Source of the DNA: Harriotta raleighana | Lineage: Eukaryota | Direction of reading: 5' to 3' | NCBI GenBank assembly: GCA_050575255.1 | Contig: JBNZDD010013726.1 | Location: forward strand, 1,466,409-1,530,408 | Length of the DNA: 64,000 bases | Shown here: in pieces, positions 52,561 to 64,000 of the stretch | Layout of the letters: every line of letters begins with the position of its first letter | How positions within the stretch are numbered: position 1 is the stretch's first letter | The notes under the pieces: model-generated | Told to the model about the DNA's origin: nothing | Databases searched by the model: none | What the model saw: only the letters and a program-made list of their open reading frames with translations | Program-made: the position numbers and the translations under genes

Positions 52561-52920
52561 TATTATGATTCTTAGTATCCCATTTGTAGACAGGAAACGT
52601 TGAGAGTCACGGTTCTTGTCCTTGGAAGCTATTCAATGACCTCTACAGGAAAGGAAGTATGTGTATGTGAGTGAAAGTCTGTTTGAAGATGGGATAGTGT
52701 GAGAAGAACTGCTTTGAAAAGAAAGGAAATAAGGGTAGAATTGGATGGGTAGTGAGAGCGGGAAGCTCATAATCTGAGGCATTTTAAAACATCCTCCAAA
52801 CATGAAAATGACAATATCAAAGATCTTTAGAATTAAAATTGTATTATACTTTGGAGTGGCTTATTCTCATCAAGGTAAGAGATACTGTTGCAGAGAAATG
52901 TGCCATTCCTCCACTGATTC

Positions 52921-52991
52921 AGCGCCTTGAGACGTCCTCCTGACGTGAAACGCGCTCTATAAGTGTAATTTTGTTGTTGTTGTTGTTGTTG
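52921..52991 (+). mobile_element. Tail-only L2-type retro-insert (hairpin + (TTG)n)
   Basis: agcgccttgagacgtcctcctgacgtgaaacgcgctctataagtgtaatttt(gtt)n. Confidence 0.88.
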
Positions 52992-54488
52992 ATAAACCCT
53001 GTCTGTGTAGAGAATTTCCATGTCCTGTGTTTGCCTACAAAGTGACTGCATGTTACAGTAGTTCTTGTGAGGCACTGAGAGATGTCCTCCCAAAATGAAA
53101 AGTACTATATCAATGGCAAGGATTATAATTGTTTATAAGCAGGCACATACCCTGTCCCACCCAGACTTTCAAATTATATACTCAAATTATATACTTAATC
53201 CTGGGGTATCTTCGGGTTGCCCATTCCTTTGCTTCCTTCAAGTTCCACATCAGTACCTTCCTCTTATCTGCCCCCCAACACAGCTTTGACTGTCCAGCAC
53301 CTAGGGTGTCCCTGATGTGAAAAGCCCTATATAAATTTATATTATGTTGCTGTAGTTATTATCATTCTGCATCATCGCATGTAGCAGAGTAAGCCTCATT
53401 CCACTTCCAAACAATGAACACTGATCCTTGCTTCAGAAGAAATGTTCCAGGTGACATTTCATTTCATACACAAGCTATATGTTCAAGGGAGGCTACTTAT
53501 TCACTAAATTAGGAGCAGTTCTGTACTCCACAGTGTAGTCCATAGCAGCAGGACTGAGACTACAGTACTGCACTGTTCAAAATATATATTGCCTAGAAAT
53601 GGCTTGTTTCATTGACCCTGGATAATAAAGTGAATCAAAAGAACTGCAATTCAGAGTTACATTAAGTAAACTGACATGTCCGAAGGCTGACTTCCAAAAA
53701 CATGAATAATTTTTCAGAAATTATATGTCCTGGGCTTGACCTTATATATTAATTGCAACTTCACAGCCAAGCTTTTTCTGTATTATAAATGAGTATTTTA
53801 AAAAGCTAGACTGGCACTCTTGTCAAGTCAAATCATCTTTTGTCTTCAGTACCAACAAGTAATATCCCCTCGAGACATATTTGCTACAATTTTCCAACCA
53901 AATTCCTTGTGTCATGCATCTGGAACTTGCAGAGGATGTTCAATGAATCTGACAGGCTCAGCTGGGCCTGGAGTTCAGTGTCAGCTCTTGGTACTGTCTG
54001 TTCCATTTCTGGCTGGCCTTACAGATGTTCCAGCACAACGAGAGCTGGGCCCTCCCTGCATTCATACCACATAATATATTCCTAATGGTCCATTTCAATG
54101 CTCAGCTTCAGCTAAAGGCTGCCTTGTCTCTGCTCTGTTTATAGCTCATTATTATTTTACAGCTTTTAGAGAGAGAATTTTGGATACAAGCAATTTCAAG
54201 AACTTCTGCGGCAGTTAATTAGGGATAGAGAGGGGAGGACTTTGGTCCATCTTATTTTTAGTTTATAACAACAAAAAATTGCCTTTCACATTGGGAGGAC
54301 GTCACAAGGTGCTGGGAGAAATAGAACGGGGCTAATTTGCAATGTTTGTACCCACATTCCTTAATAATCTATCCATTCTAAATATTTGCTTTGTTTAGCA
54401 GAACTGTGTGCACAAGTATACATGTGAAAGGCTTGGCTTTACTTAAAACTACTCGCCAGATTTCTGTGTGGAACGAGCAATATCGTAC

Positions 54489-54554
54489 CAATCAATCAAT
54501 CAAAATTACATTTATATAGCGCCTTTCATGTCGGAGGGATGTCCCATGGCGCTG
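54489..54554 (-). mobile_element. Tail-only L2-type retro-insert with (GATT)n tail
   Basis: (caat)n caaaattacatttatatagcgcctttcatgtcggagggatgtcccatggcgct. Confidence 0.75.
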
Positions 54555-55003
54555 TACAGTGCGCCCAGTGTGAACATCTGAAGAAACAGGATTAGGCTCG
54601 AGTATAATTATCAGGAAGCAAAGGTACTATAGGGTGTTGTTGCTGATGGAACATTACCCGCAAAAGAGTTAGTAACGATAGAAAAGGACTAGGGTAGAAA
54701 TTTGCCAAAATGTAGTCTCCACTTGAAGCTCATATTCATCCTTTTTTCCAATTTTAGATTTTTAGTGTAAAGTTGCCAAAAGCTCATGGTCCTGCAGCCG
54801 GATGCCTCTCACTCAGTTTCCTGTGCCAGATTCCCTGTCGTTACGACCTTGAAACTACCAACAACCTTCTGCTTGAGCTCAATGGACCAATTGATCTCCT
54901 CCTCTCCTCTTATTCTATGCCCATTTTGTAAAATAAGAACACATCAGTGGTAACCAGGAAGGCAACAAATAGTGCTTGTATTTCTGTCGTCACTTCGTCC
55001 ATC

Positions 55004-55213
55004 ATAATAGTAATCCTTGCATTTGATATTGTGCTTTTTACATCTTCTAGACATCTCAAAGCGCTTCACAGAATATACTGTAAAGCGAATTGATTGTATA
55101 TTTTTGGGCGGAACATGGCAGCCAATTGCGCATGGCAGTGACCCACAAACAGTCGTGGATTGAAATGACCAATTTTCCTCTTGTATTTTTTTGGGAGGAA
55201 TTATTATTAGGCG
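55004..55213 (-). mobile_element. tRNA-derived SINE family, 3' part
   Basis: taatccttgcatttgatattgtgctttttacatcttctagacatctcaaagcgcttcacagaatatactgtaaag...ttattattaggcgt. Confidence 0.85.
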
Positions 55214-55668
55214 TTTCTGCTTTAATCTAAAAGCCTCTCTCTGATATATAAAGGAAACCTCCACAAAGTAAAGACAGAAGCATGAACCTGTGCCCCTTTA
55301 TTCCATGTTTTGAAATTGTAGTTATATTACTTGGGTATCAGGCAGCAGGAATAAGATCTCAGAGTTAAGGTAAGAATAATAAGAGTAGTCAGGTAAGAGT
55401 AAAGCCTTCCTAGTGAAGAATTAGCACAACTAAGAGCATTATTCCTCTAATTTGTTTAACATTCTTCCAACCATTTTCTCATGATATAAAGGTATGGATG
55501 TTGAATTCAGAGTGTGTACGTGTGGTTGTGTTTTGGGTAAGATTAAGTGGTGTATGTCCAATTTATTTTCCTTTGCAAGTTTTATTTCTGTGTACATTTA
55601 GCATCTACAGTTCATTTCATTTTCATTATCTTTTTCATGCTGAGTTTATTTTCGTTCTTTTTTAACAG

Positions 55669-55701
55669 ATGAAAAGCTTTTAAATGAACCAACAAGTACT
55701 A
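55669..55701 (+). CDS. unc5b: UNC5B exon 8, 33-nt alternative microexon: NEKLLNEPTST
   Basis: T-rich tract ttcgttctttttttaacag|AT and consensus donor A|gtaagt; 33 nt, phase 1-1, no stop. Size and position match human exon 8 (NKKTLSDPNSH). Not in the ORF track. Confidence 0.88.
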
Positions 55702-56473
55702 GTAAGTTTTCATTTCATTATTTTTAATTCATTTTTGGATGTGAAAGTGGTGTACAATAATCATTCATTATGAGACACTGCTGTTTGTACAGCCATGGAT
55801 CTGAGTGGTGAAAGTATCTTGTCTTAACCTAAGCAACATGTGTCATGTTTTCTTTTGGTTAGCTGGGTGTCTGACACATGCGGAAACACATCACTATGCT
55901 CAAGAGTATCCACACCAGATACACTAACACATACACATACCACCACTACGTGGAAATCCCAGTTTCTGGAAAGCAATGCCATCCCTGCAACAAGAACAAC
56001 AACTTGCATTTATATAGCACCCTTCACGCCGGGCAGCGTCTCGGAGTGCTTAAACGCAACCTGCTTACTTAATTCTGGAAAGAAAGTATCAGGTACATGA
56101 TGGTGAGAGACAAGGCTTGGAGATCTTAAAGTGTGCTGTGGGTTCCCTCAGGGGTTTAACAAGCCAAGCACATCACCTGAGAACCAAGCAGACCCTGCTT
56201 ACCTTCTTCCTCTCCCAGGAAGATAAACACAAGATATTGATTTGATATTCAACAAGAGCAGGATTGAGCTATCCCCATGTGGATGGCAGATTCCAGGAAC
56301 TCTCTGCGAGCCTCTTGGTGAACAACAGAACTCAGCATCCACATAAGAGGGTGAGAAGTTCTCACTGTAAATGTCTTGCATCCCGTTGACACCTTTCACA
56401 TCCTGTTGTTGTGCTGACTCATTTTGAAGTGAGACGATGAGATTTCATGCCCAGTTTGAAATATGTTGATGTA

Positions 56474-57311
56474 CAGTAGGCGCCGCTTAACGTGATCACT
56501 GGTTAATGTTGTCAGTCGATTGATGTTATCAAAATCAAAAAGCAAAACTATACTCCCATTTTATATGAATAAAAATTTCTGGTTATTGTTAACAATCTGT
56601 CAATTCATGTTATCAAATAAAAATCCGACCTTTATGTTCAAATCTCTTACCCTGAGCTTGAGATGGAAGAGAAACGGGATAGTGTGTCTGTCAGTCACTC
56701 TCATGGGATGAGACTGCCAGCTGAGCGTTTGTCACGTGCGGGAGGGCAGGCAGGCAGGACAAGGGCGCGGCAGCAAACCAATGGGAGCAGGCAAGATGCC
56801 TACAAAGGTAGGTGGTGTACGGGGGTCTGGATAGAACACGGCCTGGATCCCGGACTGACTGAGTGGCTGATTAAGCTGGCAGAGGGAGTGCAGAGGCACA
56901 CACTTTGTTCACTGTGGCTTAGAGCTGACCGAGGAGAGGAGAGCCTCCAATTATACTCACCCCATCTTGTGTAGGGAAGGGGAACTTCCTTCATCTGCAG
57001 ATGTCTCCTTCACCAAGGAGAGGGCAGGGGGTAGGGAGAGGGCAGAGGGCAGGGAAAAAACGGAATTGCATATCAATATCTCCAGTGAAAAGTTGTTTTA
57101 CTCTGCAAGAATTTTAATTGTCGTTTCCCTCACTTTTGGGTTGTTTTATTATATAACCACACAATCCCGTCTCTACGAAAGGGATTGCATTGCGACCTCC
57201 TTACCACCCTGCAACAACCCCCTCATTAATTGATTTTTGGTTACTGTTATCAGCCGGTTATTGTTATCAAAAGGACAAGAACGGATGTGATCACATTAAG
57301 CAATGCAACTG
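56474..57311. mobile_element. Tigger-like MITE family B (838 bp) with GC-rich interior
   Basis: TA|CAGTAGGCGCCGCTTAACGTGATCAC ... GTGATCACATTAAGCAATGCAACTG|TA: imperfect TIRs. A subterminal motif ggtta.tgtt.tcag.cg.tt..tgttatcaaaa recurs near both ends. Confidence 0.75.
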
Positions 57312-57583
57312 TATTTGGAAGGCGCAATATCAGAATGTTTAGATAAGAAAATGTCAGTCTCCACAACCCTGACGATTAACTTGCGTTATAATTGGACACA
57401 TGTTATATAACAGTGCGGGAAAACTCAGCTTGTGGAATCACTACTATGCTGAGTGATTACTGAACACGTTTAATAATTCATAGATTGTTACTTCACGGGC
57501 TAAGTTTGCTGGCCAATCTTTTCCAGACTTTGACTCAGGTTTTGACCCACATTGCAGCTAATGTGAAGCATCTTTTTTTTCAG

Positions 57584-57778
57584 CTATAGAGGCAACTGCC
57601 GATGTGGCTCTGTACGCAGGTCTAGTTGTGGCTGTGTTCATCTTCGTAATTATTTTGCTTGTGGTTGGCATCATCGTGTACAAGAGGAGCTGTCGCGACT
57701 TCGACACGGACATCACAGACTCCTCCGCAGCTCTGACTGGAGGCTTTCAGCCTGTGAACTTCAAGACTGCCAGGCACG
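57584..57778 (+). CDS. unc5b: UNC5B exon 9 (transmembrane + juxtamembrane, caspase site DITD): TIEATADVALYAGLVVAVFIFVIILLVVGIIVYKRSCRDFDTDITDSSAALTGGFQPVNFKTARH
   Basis: Acceptor tttttttcag|CT; donor CACG|gtaagt; 195 nt, phase 1-1; hydrophobic TM; DITD codons at 57709-57720. Confidence 0.97.
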
Positions 57779-58039
57779 GTAAGTGGACAATCATCTGGTT
57801 CCATATTGTTATCTCCTTCATAGAGCTACATTAGTGGCAATTGTGCTTTCGAAAGAAAGTGACTTTGTCGCTGCTTCCTATGCAACTGAACAATCGAGAC
57901 GTCAAGACATTTTTTTAGCATGAATAAATGGCTGGTCAACGCTTCAAGACAGGTATATTATGAGGTTCAGGTCAGTGCGAGTCCACAGGACAATATCCAT
58001 GTATGTGAAGCAGAGAGTAATCAAATGTCTAGAAAAGAT

Positions 58040-58320
58040 GATTAGGGAAAGTGGTTGAGGTCAGGGCACTAGACTCATTTTAAAAAGCAGCTTGATGCTG
58101 TGATCAGAGAACGCTAAGGGTGTTCTGGGCGGATGAGATCAGATGGAACAAAGGGCATTCTTTATCCACACCAATCTTGTGAAATATTAGTTTACATTTG
58201 CTTCTNCTTGATGCTGTGATCAGAGAACGCTAGGGTGTTCTGGGCGGATGAGATCAGATGGAACAAAGGACATTCTTTATCCACACCAATCTTGTGAAAT
58301 ATTAGTTTACATTTGCTTCT
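58040..58320 (+). mobile_element. CR1-like LINE 3' end (duplicated across a single-N join)
   Basis: gtggttgagg...tcattttaaaaagcagcttgatgctg...ggatgagatcagatggaacaaagggcattctttatcc...atcttgtga resembles a CR1 3' UTR. Confidence 0.55.
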
Positions 58321-61117
58321 ACATCTTGCCTACAACTGTGTTCCAACAAACAATCTGTAGATCTCTGGTGAACTCTTTGTGGCCTTCAACATGACCTGTA
58401 TATAACCTAGGGTCCCTATAGAGGGAGTTTGTCTTGCACACACTATTGTTTATTGAGCTAATAGCGGTAAATCTCAAAGAGCGGTTCACTTCTTCAGACA
58501 AGCAGTAACATGATCCTTTATTCAATGAAGAACTGGCAGGAATTATGTAGTGCAAGCCGCAGAGAACGTGATTTTTCAGATCGAGCAGCAGTTTGTGTGT
58601 GTGAAAGACATTCTTTATGAAACTCTGGTTTGGAAAGGATTTCTTTTCCATCCCCAGCAATACAGACATCGGTAGCAGTTATTTCCCTCATGTCTGTTTT
58701 TCTTCTAAATTATTAAACTTTGACGTGTGCATGGATACTATAATGTGTTTTCTTGCTCTTTAATGAGAACAGGAGAAACTTGCAGTCATTTGAATACTGC
58801 AGATGGTATTTCTGGTTGGAAAGTAATGCAGTTCCATTTAATTCTTTTGATGAGATGCCAATACAATGCGAGCCTCAATGACAGCTAAAGTTACAATCTT
58901 TTATTGCAATTGATTTTTATTTCAATTACAAGGCTGACAGTGAAGAACATATTCTGTGATGATTCGCTTAATGCAAATGTAAGGCTATTGAAAAATTTGT
59001 TGTAATAATTCACACATGGGAATATGCTGCAAACATCAATCAGCAGAATATCAACTTAAAATGGAATAGCTGCTTTTCCTTATTTCCTTTGTGGAACATA
59101 AATTACTTTGTACATTTTGCCTGCCATGTTTGCCTGCAAAATACTCACTGAACTGCACAGTTTTACCCCTGAAATGCTTTGGGGTGTGAAAGGTACTACA
59201 GTAAATCTAAGGAGCACCTGTAGTTAGGCTCAATAACTTCCATTTGATATTGGTACCAAACTATTGAATACAATTGTAACCAATAATTGTTTTTTAATGG
59301 ATTTCTGATCTATAAAAGAGCTACAGAAAGAGTTTCTGATGGTGTGTAAATTCAGCATAGTAAAGGTCTGTTTGCCCTTTGCTTTTGAGTGTTTTGACCT
59401 TAGCCCTTTGCCCACAAATATACAGTTGGTTTTTCCTGTTCTCTTTTCCCCGACCCCGACCACTTCCCTTGCCATCTTTTCCTCCTTTCTCTCCTAACCC
59501 CACTTCTGTGACTGTTTGTGGGACACTTCTGTGCACAATTTGGCTGCTGCGTTTCACCCACAAATATACGGTCAATTTTTTCCTACTTTCTTTCCCCAGA
59601 CCTCTTCCCCCCCACCCCACCCCGCTCTCCAGATGTGAAAGGCATTATATAAATGTAATTTTGATTGATTGATTGATTGATTGATGATTAGCTGCAATGT
59701 GGTGCAAGTTGTGAGACAGGATGAAACCTGCTTTGAGCTATCCTCAACATNGATTAGCTGCAATGCGGTGCAAGTTGTGAGACAGGATGAAACCTGCTTT
59801 GAGCTATCCTCAACATACATCTGATAGTCAGGCAGGTGGCTTGAGAGCAGGTCAAGCAGCCTCTGCCTTCCCTTACCTCCCTTTCCTAAGGAAATAAGCT
59901 TTGGATGCTCAGTGTCTGGTCACTCCTGTGAAAAATGGCCACTTGGTTGAGGTATCAGAGGTCATCTGACCATGCAAAAACCATATCCAGCAAAACCCCA
60001 AATCTTCACATTGAGGAGGGGAGAAAATGACTGAGGGAAAACCTAAGAGGGTCAACATTGTTGAAGTGACAATGTCCTGGACTTCTGTAGCCTCATTCAC
60101 AGTTAATCTGCTACCTTAATTCTTCTGAAGACAGCAACGGCTTTCAAGTGCCTCGTCACTTCTGTGTGATGTTTAATGTCTTCTGTTACGTTTGTCTCGA
60201 TTGAATTGTGGAATGAATGATTCAACAGGCTTCATTAAGTCACAAGATTTATAAAATGTTTTACTTTTAGCTGCAATTTCCAAATATCCAAACCCAGGGC
60301 TAGAATTTACTGTTCAGTTAGCTGGACGTTTTATCAGAATTCAAGTATGCGCTACATGTGTATTGCTCCTTGGGAGCAGAGGGGAAGGTGACATTGATTG
60401 TTTTTATGTAACAAATATACACACACAAACCCACAAGATAAAATTAAACATATCAATGTTGTGGTTTGGTTTGAAAACCTGCTCCATTGTACTTCCAGGG
60501 CCATTTGTCTTGTAAGTGCAACTCGCGCCTTATTCCCCATTTTCTTCACTAGGAATCTGTTAAATGGCACATTCATAGGAGGCAATACTTCCTCCAGAGA
60601 AGCAGTTAGTCACTCTGCATAATTGTTCCAATATTGACAAGCCTAATGGTTGCTGTCCGTAAAGCAGCTGCAAGACAAAGATTTAGTGCAATGGTGAGAA
60701 AAAGTGTAGCTTGTTTCTACACAGAAAGAGAGCCATCAATGTAGTGTGAAATATGTACTGACTGTAATTAATGAAGGCCAGCCAATCTATGCCAGCACTG
60801 TAACAAAGAATTGCTGTGACACTCCAATAGATTGGCAGAAACAAATATTCCTCACTCTGGGATACCTGTGCTGACTCTCTTTTTGGATAGAAACCAAATT
60901 TCCATATTTTCAAACTGTGGATAGGATTGGGAGGTGGGGGCAGAGAAAGCAGTTTCACCATCGTATCCAAGTACCTGAGATTTTTTTAATATAGCAGCAT
61001 GAAAGTGAATGATTTAATACCAATGAAAAGGGCTGTGTTTTGGTGGGGCATTGCAATTGGCCATATCTCATGCATAACCAAACTTCACACTATTTACTTG
61101 AGTTTTTCCCTTTACAG

Positions 61118-61501
61118 ATCATCCTCAGTTGCTCAATTCCTCTATGCAACCAGATCTGACAGCCAGTGCTGGCTCTTATCGAGGACCTATGTACACTCTT
61201 CAGGACACAGCTGACAAGATACCAATGACAAACTCTCCACTACTTGACCCATTGCCAAACCTGAAGATTAAAGTATATAATTCTTCAACAACCACTGCTG
61301 GATTGACAGACGGAATTGATCATCCTGGGAAGACACCATTGGGTACTTACCCAGGAGGAAACATTAGGGACAATAATGTTATGAACATGAGGAACAAAGC
61401 GCTCAGCTCTCAGCATCTGAACACACTGCCCAGGGAGCCCGGGAACAGTGCGAGTGGAACCTTCGGTTGTTTGGGTGGTCGCCTCACAGTGCTTAATTCA
61501 G
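61118..61501 (+). CDS. unc5b: UNC5B exon 10 (cytoplasmic linker to start of ZU5): DHPQLLNSSMQPDLTASAGSYRGPMY...DKIPMTNSPLLDPLPNLKIKVYNSS...SASGTFGCLGGRLTVLNSG
   Basis: Acceptor tttttccctttacag|AT; donor TCAG|gtttgt; 384 nt, phase 1-1; overlaps ORF 61129..61548. Confidence 0.96.
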
Positions 61502-61514
61502 GTTTGTGCTTTGC

Positions 61515-61518
<4 letters not shown>

Positions 61519-61546
<28 letters not shown>
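61519..61546 (+). repeat. (GT)n microsatellite just downstream of the exon 10 donor
   Basis: atgtgtgtgtgtgtgtgtgtgtgtgtgt. Confidence 0.95.
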
Positions 61547-62609
61547 AACTGCTCAAGGAGTGAGTTTCACATTCTAGCTATGGTGGAGTGTGGTGAAGAG
61601 GGAATGGTTTAGACTGATTTACAATCTTATCAGAAGATTCAAGGGTGAAGATCGAGTGGTTTTGCACTGTTATTTGAGAGATTAGATTCAGCCAGATATG
61701 CCTAGCATTGGTTTCAAATTCCTACCGTCAGTTTTGTGGGTGCAAAATCATTTGTTTTTGGTCTGTTTTTAAGTTATTGATGGATGGTGACATTCATATT
61801 GACGGTGTTATTTATTGGGTTAACTTTGCAATGTTTCCATTAGCACAACTTCAGGTGTTTTCCAAAGTTCAGTGATGAAAGTGCTGCTGGAAGCTCAACG
61901 GTTGACATTGGTACCATTACCTCTGCTTTTGCCTTTTGGAAATGAACATGTGTCGGAGGAGGGGAAGGTGGGGAGTTAATGTTGCCAGTTTCATTCCTTA
62001 CCAAAAACCAGGTATCATGTGATCGATATTGGTTGTGAGGAATTGTTTGATAGATAGAGAATAATAGCTACCCGGAGGTAACTATCAGACAGTAATTTCA
62101 CTGAGTGGTTCAGATTGTAATAAGAAAGTAATTGGATTTGTTAACTGGTCTGTAACTTACTCCAAGGTATTCTTTGTTCTACATAGAAACAATTTGAGTC
62201 CCTCAGTTAAGATCACCATTTCATAATTCAGTCACAATTGTCCATTATTTTCTGTGTAAACCTTCTCAATCCCTCAGTACTCATTATCTTATGTATGTAA
62301 GACAGCTCAACATCTTAGAATGTCTTGCAGTTACTTCTACTTAGTATGAGTTCAGGAAGGGGAAAGTATACTTTTTGGTGGATTTTTTTCAACAGTTGAA
62401 GGCACTGAGGTGGTCTGAACCCTTGACATCCACAATAGAGATGTGATTACAGTAACATTATTACCACAGGTTTTTGAACATCTAGTTCCCCATTGCTTAC
62501 CAGAAAATCCTATGTACGGTCACATTTCAAAATGAACATATCTCTTCACCTGAGCACGGGCTCCTGATCAAATAATTCTAGCCTCTCAAATAATGCACCT
62601 TGGAAACTA

Positions 62610-62790
62610 CACAGCAGATCTTTCAGCACGTGAAAAAGAAAGCTTGGGTTAAAGTTTTGGTTATGACCTTTCATGAAGCTTGGAAGGGTCACACGTGTAC
62701 TATTACCCTGCCTTTCTCTTTCAGATACTGAGTGACCTATGCATTCCCAGTAATGTCTCCACTTATTTCAGATTTCCAGCCTACCCACTC
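62610..62790. mobile_element. Old degenerate Penelope-like palindromic repeat
   Basis: atgacctttcatgaagcttggaagggtca centre; ctttctctttcagatactgagtgaccta...atttcagatttccagc arm, similar to 46936-47080. Confidence 0.45.
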
Positions 62791-64000
62791 CTTCCTTTTG
62801 ATCTCATAGCCCCCTTTTACAGTGTGCGGTTTGGCAAAACACAGTACAGCAAGATCGTTCTGATAACCTCAATTGTGCGAATTTGAACTAAAGGCTTTGT
62901 CGGGGGTCCCTGGGAGAATTTGGTTTCATATGTAAATTCTCAGTATCCATGAGTAAAACCTTCCTCGTGTGGTGTGGTTCATTGCAATGACATTGACGAT
63001 GTACGATAACAAGGATGGAATGTCAGGGGTTAGCGTAATCTATGTCATGCCACTTAGCAACATGAGGATTTTTGTTTGTTCCCTGGAATTTCTCCTAAAA
63101 GTGCAGCTCATGTCTGGCAGAAATATTTCAGGTGCAGTTCAACTGGTATGTTCTGTGAAATGGAAAGGAGGATAACTTAACACTTAACAGAAAACTGCCA
63201 GCACTTACCGATAGATTAGTGCAATGATGTTAGACAGTAACACGATCTTTCATTTAAGAGTGTTTGGCTGCTGGCCATCAGTCAGCTCTGGATCTCGGGC
63301 AGCTGGTGATACAATACACCACATAAAGTGCTGGGGCAGATTGAAGAAATACTGACACCTTAATATATTGTTTACATTACCTTAAAACTCCCCAAGCATG
63401 TTAATTTCAGGTCACAGGTCGCTTCCGCCTCTCGTATTATATAGCACCAAAGTTTATATCATAACTACACGTGTCTGTTCAGACAAGGAAAAGGTAACAG
63501 CTGGCTCCAATCCAAAGGAAACGATTGAATTCACATGTAAAGCAACGATTCTTTTTGTTGTAATTTCCTGTTTCAGTTCAGAATCACATAGACTAATAAA
63601 GTAACGTTAATACCAATTTCTGCTCTTACTCCTGTACCAACATCTTTATTCAAAAAAGTTATAGTGCAAAACATTCCATGAAACCTGCAGTGATATAAAT
63701 TTATAGTTTGATAAATGTCATCTGTCAAGTACATTAACCAAAACCAAACTTTCATTACAGACACTGCAGTACTTAATACTCTAAAACAGATTTCATTACT
63801 TTTGACACAAGCATTCTCTAAATGTCAGCATCGTTGTAGATTAAAAATGGCTTCAGCAGTTTAGTGTATGTGAATATAAAATTGTGCAGAAACCTGCAAG
63901 GCAACTATTAGAAGCAATTACTCCTTAAGGCACTATTGACTTACATTCTGTCACTGAGTATCACTGAGGGTATTGTTTGTTCATTACAAAATCTTATAAC

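Larger units (their letters stand above)
33111..61501 (+). other. unc5b: UNC5B netrin receptor gene, partial (coding exons 2-10; exon 1 and exons 11+ not in window)
   Basis: Nine exons with canonical AG/GT ends splice into one open frame (222+144+104+181+168+165+33+195+384=1596 nt). The translation follows UNC5B: [63 protein letters not shown], two TSP1 repeats, ALYAGLVVA TM. The motif DFDTDITDSSAALTGGF favours paralog B over UNC5A/C. Confidence 0.95.

Noticed and set aside
61502-64000. Exon 11 (GVSLLVP... ZU5 continuation)
   Set aside because: No matching coding segment was found; it presumably lies beyond the window.

Overview
Vertebrate genomic DNA, most likely a cartilaginous fish such as the elephant shark Callorhinchus milii. 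The organism is an inference from the L2/CR1/Deu-SINE/Penelope/Tigger repeat landscape. The window holds nine coding exons (2-10, + strand, 33111-61501, 1596 nt, all GT-AG, reading frame continuous) of the netrin dependence receptor UNC5B: Ig1, Ig2, TSP1-1, TSP1-2, the 33-nt microexon 8, the transmembrane exon with the DITD caspase site, and the linker/ZU5-start exon. No exon 1 or exons 11+ were found, so 1-33110 is interpreted as intron 1. Introns carry L2 and CR1 LINE remnants, a tRNA-headed SINE family, older Deu-domain SINEs, ~70-bp tail-only hairpin retro-inserts, Tigger/pogo-type MITEs (several nested in SINEs) and Penelope-like repeats with a decayed minimal hammerhead core. There are also two assembly gaps and six single-N joins with duplicated flanks. 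I found no convincing new gene system. The best leads are a YCAY-cluster-flanked microexon 8, the minimal hairpin retro-inserts, a direct repeat bracketing exon 3, a MITE with promoter-like cargo, hammerhead relics and a perfect 18-bp hairpin.
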